A stretch of 61,927 bases of DNA, the filler included, from Nemertoderma westbladi (lineage: Eukaryota > Animalia > Xenacoelomorpha): the NCBI GenBank assembly GCA_032718475.1. It is 3 parts of 3 records of this genome, joined end to end, with 100 filler letters (N's around TTAATTAATTAA, not from the genome) between each part and the next. Parts side by side here need not be neighbours in the genome. Positions count along the whole stretch, not along the records: positions 1 to 19,277 come from JAUCBJ010007404.1; 2 more parts are not named here. One strand, 5' to 3'. The notes under the pieces were generated by a model, which did no database searches, had not been told where the DNA came from, and worked only from the letters and a program-made list of their open reading frames with translations. Positions 1 through 10,880 of the stretch are shown here, in pieces (the stretch's first letter is position 1; each line of letters opens with the position of its first letter). The translations under genes were made by a program, and so were the position numbers.

Positions 1-196
1 GAAATAAGTAGAATCTCAAATAAAAAATCAGGGCGGCCGTTCCCTGATTAAGTACCAAGACCTACCGGTATACAACAATCAAAATCGAATAATACTAATG
101 TACTTGTACAGCAGTACCGGTACCGGTGATGACAGTTAGGCCTACTGACCTACAAAGTACCGGTTCAGTCTGCCTACACTTGCAACCTTATTGCTT

Positions 197-358
197 ACTG
201 CAATAAGATAATAAACTGTTACTGTTCGACAGAACAGTATTAAACTGTATTTAATACCTACACTGCAATAAGAACGTAAACTGTTACTGTTCGACAGAAC
301 AGTATTAAGCTGTATTTAATACCTACACTGCAATAAGAACATAAACTGTTACTGTTCG
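197..358. repeat. 65-bp tandem repeat, ~2.5 copies
   Basis: ACTGCAATAAGA...CTGTTACTGTTCG recurs at 197, 262 and 327 (period 65). Confidence 0.9.
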
Positions 359-1500
359 CGCTTTCGAAGACCTTTAGCAGTTTAACCTGCCAAAATTTAT
401 ATGTCTTTTCGTTAATTAAAACCACTTTAGCATACGACAATAATTTATGCTAATACGCAAAACATTAGCCGAAGTCAGCCCATGCGCGATCATTCACCCG
501 ATGGATCTACACCCGGGAGACTGAATTCGGATGCTTGAATTGTATTATTACAGTGTAAGGTTGCAGTGTATACCTAATGTATTATTCGATAGATCGTTAA
601 TAATTAATCTCTGACAGATATTATTGGCTTTCGGGAAATATTAACAGTTCCTTTAGGACGTGGCGCTTTACCTATTTAAACAGAACTAAGACTTATACTA
701 AACGCAACGATACTGCTGCTGATTAAAGTATAAAACGTATTCTTTAGGAAATACTTTGTTACCAATCACAATCATACACACTATTCTGCCGACAGTCAGT
801 ATATTTGATCACACATAAAGAGAGCAGTAATTGACTCGCGTAGGGTCTGCTAAATAACATTGGATTCAATACACACCACATTAATATAAATCGCAATTGT
901 TATTTATAGCCGGTCTCTCTAACCTGTAGTGTTATCAAGAAAATTGGGAATTGGGTGATTTATCCGTATTATCCAAATAGCAATATTTCCATCAACAAAT
1001 ATTTACAATTAATAACTGACGGTAAAATAACAGTACAAACAATATGATTAATGAGTTAGGTGATGTTCGATTCGTGAGATTAGGTTAGGTAACAGTTTAT
1101 ACTTTCGATAATTCAAGCAGTTTACGGTACAGCAGTATTGGTTACAAAATGCCGGTGTTTCTGGCTTAGACAGCAATAACAACAAAAGTAACAACTCTCT
1201 CTCTCAGGTAGACGAACTCTCTCCCTTATGATCGGCAGGAAAGCTACACGTCGACAGGAAAAACCGCCCTGATTGGCCCAAGCCAAACAAAGAACCACGC
1301 TGCCAATGGCTGTTTCCATGTCAGCAACCAGCTGCTAGATGTCGTAATATGAATCATCACGGCTAAGCTGTGAAAGGTGGTTTGTGCATTACAAGTTTTT
1401 GTCTTACCATGTCCGCTAAAACACGTATATAGCAGAATGATTTTTATGTCCGTTAAAACACCTGTAAAGGTACCTTGCGGGCGAGGGGAATATATCTACA
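353..1500 (-). mobile_element. Putative solo LTR (~1.15 kb)
   Basis: TG...CA ends (minus strand TGTAGATAT...GCGCGAACA). Flanks GTTAC (348-352) and GTTAG (1501-1505) form a 5-bp TSD with one mismatch. 353-~1090 is a diverged inverted copy of ~19430-20153 and shares the exact GCGCGAACA terminus. The 1500 boundary is less certain. Confidence 0.5.
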
Positions 1501-1591
1501 GTTAGAAAACCTTTTAGAGTATTCCAGCGCCTGTGGGGAAACTGGATTGCGAAGCAAAAGGGGCCAGTTATATCCCACAGAAGCTTTTACA

Positions 1592-4500
1592 GCGGTCAAC
1601 TAAAGTGCAAAATTACTGATATTTAGGTACATAAACAATACTAAAGGCGGTCAACTATAGTGTAAAAGTACCGATATTTAGGTACATAAACAATACTAAA
1701 GGCGGTCAACTAAAGTGCAAAAGTACCGATATTTAGGTACATAAACAATACTAAAGGCGGTCAACTAAAGTGCAATATTACCGATATTTAGGTACATAAA
1801 CAATACTAAAGGCGGTCAAATAAAGAGTAAAAGTACCGATACTTAGGTACATAAACAATACTAAAGGCATTCAACTAAAGTGCAAAAGCAGGCCTACCGA
1901 TATTTAGGTAAATAAACAATACTAAAAGCGGTCAACTATAGTGTAAAAGTACCGATATTTAGGTACATAAACAATACTAAAAGCGGTCAACTAAAGTGTA
2001 AAAGTACCGATATTTAGGTACATAAACAATACTAAAGGCGGTCAACTAAAGTGCAAAAGCGGGCCTACCGATATTTAGGTACATAAACAATACTAAATGC
2101 GGTCAACTAAAGTGCAAAAGCAGGCCTACCGATATTTAGGTACATAAACAATACTAAAAGCGGTCAACTAAAGTGTAAAAGTACCGATATTTAGGTACAT
2201 AAACAATACTAAATGCGGTCAACTAAAGTGCAAAAGCAGGCCTACCGATATTTAGGTACATAAACAATACTAAAGGCGGTCAACTAAAGTGCAAAAGTAC
2301 CGATATTTAGGTACATAAACAATACTAAAGGCGGTCAACTAAAGTGCAATATTACCGATATTTAGGTACATAAACAATACTAAAGGCGGTCAAATAAAGA
2401 GTAAAAGTACCGATACTTAGGTACATAAACAATACTAAAGGCATTCAACTAAAGTGCAAAAGCAGGCCTACCGATATTTAGGTACATAAACAATACTAAA
2501 AGCGGTCAACTATAGTGTAAAAGTACCGATATTTAGGTACATAAACATTACTAAAGGCGGTCAACTAAAGTGTAAAAGTACCGATATTTAGGTACATAAA
2601 CAATACTAAAGGCGGTCAAATAAAGAGTAAAAGTACCGATACTTAGGTACATAAACAATACTAAAGGCATTCAACTAAAGTGCAAAAGCAGGCCTACCGA
2701 TATTTAGGTACATAAACAATACTAAAAGCGGTCAACTATAGTGTAAAAGTACCGATATTTAGGTACATAAACAATACTAAAGGCGGTCAAATAAAGAGTA
2801 AAAGTACCGATACTTAGGTACATAAACAATACTAAAGGCATTCAACTAAAGTGCAAAAGCAGGCCTACCGATATTTAGGTACATAAACAATACTAAAAGC
2901 GGTCAACTATAGTGTAAAAGTACCGATATTTAGGTACATAAACATTACTAAAGGCGGTCAACTAAAGTGTAAAAGTACCGATATTTAGGTACATAAACAA
3001 TACTAAAGGTGGTCAAATAAAGAGTAAAAGTACCGATACTTAGGTACATAAACAATACTAAAGGCGGTCAAATAAAGTGCAAAAGTACCGATATTTAGGT
3101 ACATAAACAATACTAAATGCGGTCAACTAAAGTGCAAAAGCAGGCCTACCGATATTTAGGTACATAAACAATACTAAAAGCGGTCAACTATAGTGTAAAA
3201 GTACCGATATTTAGGTACATAAACAATACTAAAGGCGGTCAAATAAAGTGTAAAAGTACCGATATTTAGGTACATAAACAATACTAAAGGCGGTCAAATA
3301 AAGAGTAAAAGTACCGATACTTAGGTACATAAACAATACTAAAAGCGGTCAACTATAGTGTAAAAGTACCGATACTTAGGTACATAAACAATACTAAAGG
3401 CGGTCAAATAAAGAGTAAAAGTACCGATACTTAGGTACATAAACAATACTAAAGGCGGTCAACTAAAGTGCAAAAGCAGGCCTACCGATATTTAGGTACA
3501 TAAACAATACTAAAAGCGGTCAACTATAGTGTAAAAGTACCGATATTTAGGTACATAAACAATACTAAAAGCGGTCAACTATAGTGTAAAAGTACCGATA
3601 CTTAGGTACATAAACAATACTAAAGGCGGTCAAATAAAGAGTATAAGTACCGATACTTAGGTACATAAACAATACTAAAGGCGGTCAACTAAAGTGCAAA
3701 AGCAGGCCTACCGATATTTAGGTACATAAACAATACTAAAAGCGGTCAACTATAGTGTAAAAGTACCGATATTTAGGTACATAAACAATACTAAAAGCGG
3801 TCAACTATAGTGTAAAAGTACCGATACTTAGGTACATAAACAATACTAAAGGCGGTCAACTAAAGTGCAAAATTACCGATATTTAGGTACATAAACAATA
3901 CTAAAGGCATTCAACTAAAGTGCAAAAGCAGGCCTACCGATATTTAGGTACATAAACAATACTAAAAGCGGTCAACTATAGTGTAAAAGTACCGATATTT
4001 AGGTACATAAACAATACTAAAGGCGGTCAAATAAAGTGCAAAAGTACCGATATTTAGGTACATAAACAATACTAAATGCGGTCAACTAAAGTGCAAAAGC
4101 AGGCCTACCGATATTTAGGTACATAAACAATACTAAAAGCGGTCAACTATAGTGTAAAAGTACCGATATTTAGGTACATAAACAATACTAAAGGCGGTCA
4201 AATAAAGAGTAAAAGTACCGATACTTAGGTACATAAACAATACTAAAGGCGGTCAAATAAAGTGCAAAAGTACCGATATTTAGGTACATAAACAATACTA
4301 AATGCGGTCAACTAAAGTGCAAAAGCAGGCCTACCGATATTTAGGTACATAAACAATACTAAAAGCGGTCAACTATAGTGTAAAAGTACCGATATTTAGG
4401 TACATAAACAATACTAAAGGCGGTCAAATAAAGAGTAAAAGTACCGATACTTAGGTACATAAACAATACTAAAGGCATTCAACTAAAGTGCAAAAGCAGG

Positions 4501-7500
4501 CCTACCGATATTTAGGTACATAAACAATACTAAAAGCGGTCAACTATAGTGTAAAAGTACCGATATTTAGGTACATAAACAATACTAAAGACGGTCAAAT
4601 AAAGTGCAAAAGTACAGATATTTAGGTACATAAACAATACTAAATGCGGTCAACTAAAGTGCAAAAGCAGGCCTACCGATATTTATGTACATAAACAATA
4701 CTAAAAGCGGTCAACTATAGTGTAAAAGTACCGATATTTAGGTACATAAACAATACTAAAGGCGGTCAAATAAAGAGTAAAAGTACCGATACTTAGGTAC
4801 ATAAACAATACTAAAGGCATTCAACTAAAGTGCAAAAGCAGGCCTACCGATATTTAGGTACATAAACAATACTAAAAGCGGTCAACTATAGTGTAAAAGT
4901 ACCGATATTTAGGTACATAAACAATACTAAAGGCGGTCAAATAAAGTGCAAAAGTACCGATATTTAGGTACATAAACAATACTAAATGCGGTCAACTAAA
5001 GTGCAAAAGCAGGCCTACCGATATTTAGGTACATAAACAATACTAAAAGCGGTCAACTATAGTGTAAAAGTACCGATATTTAGGTACATAAACATTACTA
5101 AAGGTGGTCAACTAAAGTGCAAAATTACCGATATTTAGGTACATAAACAATACTAAAGGCGGTCAACTAAAGTGCAAAAGTACCGATATTTAGGTACATA
5201 AACAATACTAAAAGCGGTCAACTATAGTGCAAAAGTACCGATATTTAGGTACATAAACAATACTAAAAGCGGTCAACTATAGTGTAAAAGTACCGATATT
5301 TAGGTACATAAACAATACTAAAGGCGGTCAAATAAAGTGCAAAAGTACCGATATTTAGGTACATAAACAATACTAAATGCGGTCAACTAAAGTGCAAAAG
5401 CAGGCCTACCGATATTTAGGTACATAAACAATACTAAAAGCGGTCAACTATAGTGTAAAAGTACCGATATTTAGGTACATAAACAATACTAAAGGCGGTC
5501 AAATAAAGAGTAAAAGTACCGATACTTAGGTACATAAACAATACTAAAGGCGGTCAAATAAAGTGCAAAAGTACCGATATTTAGGTACATAAACAATACT
5601 AAATGCGGTCAACTAAAGTGCAAAAGCAGGCCTACCGATATTTAGGTACATAAACAATACTAAAAGCGGTCAACTATAGTGTAAAAGTACCGATATTTAG
5701 GTACATAAACAATACTAAAGGCGGTCAAATAAAGAGTAAAAGTACCGATACTTAGGTACATAAACAATACTAAAGGCATTCAACTAAAGTGCAAAAGCAG
5801 GCCTACCGATATTTAGGTACATAAACAATACTAAAAGCGGTCAACTATAGTGTAAAAGTACCGATATTTAGGTACATAAACAATACTAAAGACGGTCAAA
5901 TAAAGTGCAAAAGTACAGATATTTAGGTACATAAACAATACTAAATGCGGTCAACTAAAGTGCAAAAGCAGGCCTACCGATATTTAGGTACATAAACAAT
6001 ACTAAAGGCGGTCAAATAAAGAGTAAAAGTACCGATACTTAGGTACATAAACAATACTAAAGGCATTCAACTAAAGTGCAAAAGCAGGCCTACCGATATT
6101 TAGGTACATAAACAATACTAAAAGCGGTCAACTATAGTGTAAAAGTACCGATATTTAGGTACATAAACAATACTAAAGGCGGTCAAATAAAGTGCAAAAG
6201 TACCGATATTTAGGTACATAAACAATACTAAATGCGGTCAACTAAAGTGCAAAAGCAGGCCTACCGATATTTAGGTACATAAACAATACTAAAAGCGGTC
6301 AACTATAGTGTAAAAGTACCGATATTTAGGTACATAAACATTACTAAAGGTGGTCAACTAAAGTGCAAAATTACCGATATTTAGGTACATAAACAATACT
6401 AAAGGCGGTCAACTAAAGTGCAAAAGTACCGATATTTAGGTACATAAACAATACTAAAAGCGGTCAACTATAGTGCAAAAGTACCGATATTTAGGTACAT
6501 AAACAATACTAAAGGCGGTCAACTAAAGTGCAAAAGTACCGATATTTAGGTACATAAACAATACTAAAGGCGGTCAACTAAAGTGCAATATTACCGATAT
6601 TTAGGTACATAAACAATACTAAAGGCGGTCAAATAAAGAGTAAAAGTACCGATACTTAGGTACATAAACAATACTAAAGGCATTCAACTAAAGTGCAAAA
6701 GCAGGCCTACCGATATTTAGGTACATAAACAATACTAAAAGCGGTCAACTATAGTGTAAAAGTACCGATATTTAGGTACATAAACATTACTAAAGGCAGT
6801 CAACTAAAGTGCAAAATTACCGATATTTAGGTACATAAACAATACTAAAGGCGGTCAACTATAGTGTAAAAGTACCGATATTTAGGTACATAAACAATAC
6901 TAAAGGCGGTCAAATAAAGAGTAAAAGTACCGATACTTAGGTACATAAACAATACTAAAGGCATTCAACTAAAGTGCAAAAGCAGGCCTACCGATATTTA
7001 GGTACATAAACAATACTAAAAGCGGTCAACTATAGTGTAAAAGTACCGATATTTAGGTACATAAACAATACTAAAGGCGGTCAAATAAAGTGCAAAAGTA
7101 CCGATATTTAGGTACATAAACAATACTAAATGCGGTCAACTAAAGTGCAAAAGCAGGCCTACCGATATTTAGGTACATAAACAATACTAAAAGCGGTCAA
7201 CTATAGTGTAAAAGTACCGATATTTAGGTACATAAACATTACTAAAGGTGGTCAACTAAAGTGCAAAATTACCGATATTTAGGTACATAAACAATACTAA
7301 AGGCGGTCAACTAAAGTGCAAAAGTACCGATATTTAGGTACATAAACAATACTAAAAGCGGTCAACTATAGTGCAAAAGTACCGATATTTAGGTACATAA
7401 ACAATACTAAAGGCGGTCAACTAAAGTGCAAAAGTACCGATATTTAGGTACATAAACAATACTAAAGGCGGTCAACTAAAGTGCAATATTACCGATATTT

Positions 7501-9081
7501 AGGTACATAAACAATACTAAAGGCGGTCAAATAAAGAGTAAAAGTACCGATACTTAGGTACATAAACAATACTAAAGGCATTCAACTAAAGTGCAAAAGC
7601 AGGCCTACCGATATTTAGGTACATAAACAATACTAAAAGCGGTCAACTATAGTGTAAAAGTACCGATATTTAGGTACATAAACATTACTAAAGGCGGTCA
7701 ACTAAAGTGCAAAATTACCGATATTTAGGTACATAAACAATACTAAAGGCGGTCAACTAAAGTGCAAAATTACCGATATTTAGGTACATAAACAATACTA
7801 AAGGCGGTCAACTATAGTGTAAAAGTACCGATATTTAGGTACATAAACAATACTAAAGGCATTCAACTAAAGTGCAAAAGCAGGCCTACCGATATTTAGG
7901 TACATAAACAATACTAAAAGCGGTCAACTATAGTGTAAAAGTACCGATATTTAGGTACATAAACAATACTAAAAGCGGTCAACTAAAGTGTAAAAGTACC
8001 GATATTTAGGTACATAAACAATACTAAAGGCGGTCAACTAAAGTGCAAAAGCAGGCCTACCGATATTTAGGTACATAAACAATACTAAATGCAGTCAACT
8101 AAAGTGCAAAAGCAGGCCTACCGATATTTAGGTACATAAACAATACTAAAAGCGGTCAACTAAAGTGTAAAAGTACCGATATTTAGGTACATAAACAATA
8201 CTAAATGCGGTCAACTAAAGTGCAAAAGCAGGCCTACCGATATTTAGGTACATAAACAATACTAAAGGCGGTCAACTAAAGTGCAAAAGTACCGATATTT
8301 AGGTACATAAACAATACTAAAGGCGGTCAACTAAAGTGCAATATTACCGATATTTAGGTACATAAACAATACTAAAGGCGGTCAAATAAAGAGTAAAAGT
8401 ACCGATACTTAGGTACATAAACAATACTAAAGGCATTCAACTAAAGTGCAAAAGCAGGCCTACCGATATTTAGGTACATAAACAATACTAAAAGCGGTCA
8501 ACTAAAGTGCAAAAGTACCGATACTTAGGTACAGTACATAAACAATACTAAAGGCGGTCAACTAAAGTGCAAAATTACCGATATTTAGGTACATCAACAA
8601 TACTAAAGCGGTCAAATAAAGTGCAAAAGTACCGATATTTAGGTACATAAACAATACTAAAGGCGGTCAACTAAAGTGCAAAATTACCGATATTTAGGTA
8701 CATAAACAATAATAAAGGCGGTCAACTAAAGTGCAAAAGTACCGATATTTAGGTACATAAACATTACTAAAGGCGGTCAACTAAAGTGCAAAAGTACCGA
8801 TATTTAGGTACATAAACAATACTAAAGGCGGTCAACTAAAGTGCAAAATTACCGATATTTAGGTACATAAACAATACTAACGGCGGTCAACTATAGTGCA
8901 AAAGTACCGATATTTAGGTACATAAACAATACTAAAGGCGGTCAAATAAAGTGCAAAAGTACCGATATTTAGGTACATAAACAATACTAAAGGCGGTCAA
9001 CTAAAGTGCAAAAGTACCGATACTTAGGTACATAAACAATACTAAAGGCGGTCAACTAAAGTGCAAAATTACCGATATTTA
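1592..9081. repeat. Satellite array of 55-bp monomers (61-bp variant with CAGGCC insertion), ~130 units
   Basis: Monomer GCGGTCAACTAAAGTGCAAAAGTACCGATATTTAGGTACATAAACAATACTAAAG starts at 1592, 1647, 1702 and so on. A small set of variants recurs in ordered blocks. Confidence 0.98.
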
Positions 9082-9120
9082 TGTTTTTTCTCCAAAAAGT
9101 GGCTTTCAACAAATATATCG

Positions 9121-9194
9121 ACATAAGTGGTGGCAAAAAGTAACATTTTGTCGTGCTTTCTGATTTGTCGCCAAATTTTTGCCACCACTTATGT
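9121..9194. repeat. Short inverted repeat / MITE remnant
   Basis: ACATAAGTGGTGGCAAAAA (9121-9139) and its reverse complement (9176-9194). Confidence 0.8.
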
Positions 9195-9199
9195 ATCAT

Positions 9200-10020
9200 T
9201 TTTGTAATATTTTTTCGTTCCCCTGACTTTTACAAACTCGTTTGAACGACTTTACAAAACTCGGGGAAACAAATATAATTGGCTGAAGCGGTTTCTGTAA
9301 CAACAAATATCCAATCAAGTTTGTTTCCATATTTTAGCGAATCAAAATTGGGCTGCTGTCTCCTTGACAACCTTGAATCGAGTCGGTATATAATTAATGT
9401 GGGTAATTATTGTTTTGAGTTGTACACTTGCATTAGATTTGTCCTTAAATATTATTAATCAACATTCAATATTCTTTAAAATATCTCAACCCTATCTTAT
9501 TTTCTTTTCAATATCTCTGATTGGATGATTGTTGGTATAGAAACCACTCCAGGGTATTAGTGTGGCCTGGGGCCCCATTTTTTTTCACTATCATCACGAC
9601 AATTTGTAGGGTTATAATTTATATAAGTATTTAACATATACATATATGTTTTTGTATTATAGTATATAAATAATATAAAATATAATTAATAAAAAAAAAA
9701 ATAATAATAACAATAATTAAATATAAATATATATATTATTGTATATATATTATATATTTATTTATTTCCTATATATATTTAACATATATATACATATATG
9801 TTTTGTAATTTTTTGTAATTTACAATGTTCTAGAACAAGTCTCCTTGATATTATACATTCAAATTAACAACAAAATATGATGCCATAAATTTTCCAAAAA
9901 TGGGGCCCCAGGCCACACCAATACCCCACTCCAACCAATTAAATTTGGTTTCCCGAGTTTTGTAAAGTTATTCGAACGAGTTTGCCAAAGTCGGAGAAAC
10001 AAAAAAACGGATTACAAAAC
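9200..10020. mobile_element. Fold-back non-autonomous element with ~120-bp diverged inverted arms, superfamily unassigned
   Basis: 9200-9320 is an imperfect reverse complement of 9515-9551 joined to 9934-10020. The right arm is interrupted by the MITE below. Confidence 0.65.
9552..9926. mobile_element. MITE with ~31-bp TIRs and 7-bp TSD
   Basis: TIR GGGTATTAGTGTGGCCTGGGGCCCCATTTTT versus 9896-9926 (1 mismatch). CACTCCA is duplicated at 9545-9551 and 9927-9933. AT-rich interior. Confidence 0.85.
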
Positions 10021-10720
10021 TGGCCCCTCAGGGCCACTATAGTAATATACAAAACTGGCCCCTCAGGGCCACTATAGTAATATACAAAACTGGCCCCTCA
10101 GGGCCACTATAGGAATATACAAAACTGGCCCCTCATGGCCACTATAGTAATATACAAAACTGGCCCCTCAGGGCCACTATAGTAATATACAAAACTTGCC
10201 CCTCAGGGCCACTATAGTAATATACAAAACTGGCCCCTCAGGGCCACTATAGTAATATACAAAACTGGCCCCTCAGGGCCACTATAGGAATATACAAAAC
10301 TGGCCCCTCATGGCCACTATAGTAATATACAAAACTGGCCCCTCAGGGCCACTATAGTAATATACAAAACTTGCCCCTCAGGGCCACTATAGTAATATAC
10401 AAAACTGGCCCCTCAGGGCCACTATAGTAATATACAAAACTGGCCCCTCAGGGCCACTATAGTAATATACAAAACTGGCCCCTCAGGGCCACTATAGTAA
10501 TATACAAAACTGGCCCCTCAGGGCCACTATAGTAATATACAAAACTGGCCCCTCAGGGCCACTATAGTAACATACAAAACTGGCCCCTCAGGGCCACTAT
10601 AGTAATATACCAAACTGGCCCCTCAGGGCCACTATAGTAACATACAAAACTGGCCCCTCAGGGCCACTATAGTAATTTACAAAACTGGCCCCTCAGGGCC
10701 ACTATAGTAATATACAAAAC
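10013..10720. repeat. 35-bp minisatellite, ~20 copies, each with a TGGCCC-CTCA-GGGCCA hairpin
   Basis: Unit TACAAAACTGGCCCCTCAGGGCCACTATAGTAATA, near-identical copies. Confidence 0.97.
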
Positions 10721-10880
10721 CTAGTGTTTATATCGTTTTGTTATTAAACCAAAATTATGAAATGTTGAAATTGAATTTAAATTAATATAAATTTAAATCT
10801 ATTCCAGAACATTTTCAAGTAGCTATAATATATCCCCGCAGCTGTAATATACCATTATTGTTCAAATTGTTTATATCGCG

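Noticed and set aside
1592-9081. CRISPR-like alternation of constant and variable segments
   Set aside because: The variable parts are a few point variants of one sequence and recur many times. There are no unique spacers or cas genes, and the context is eukaryotic.
10013-10720. Palindromic 35-bp repeat as a CRISPR repeat
   Set aside because: Units are contiguous with no spacers.
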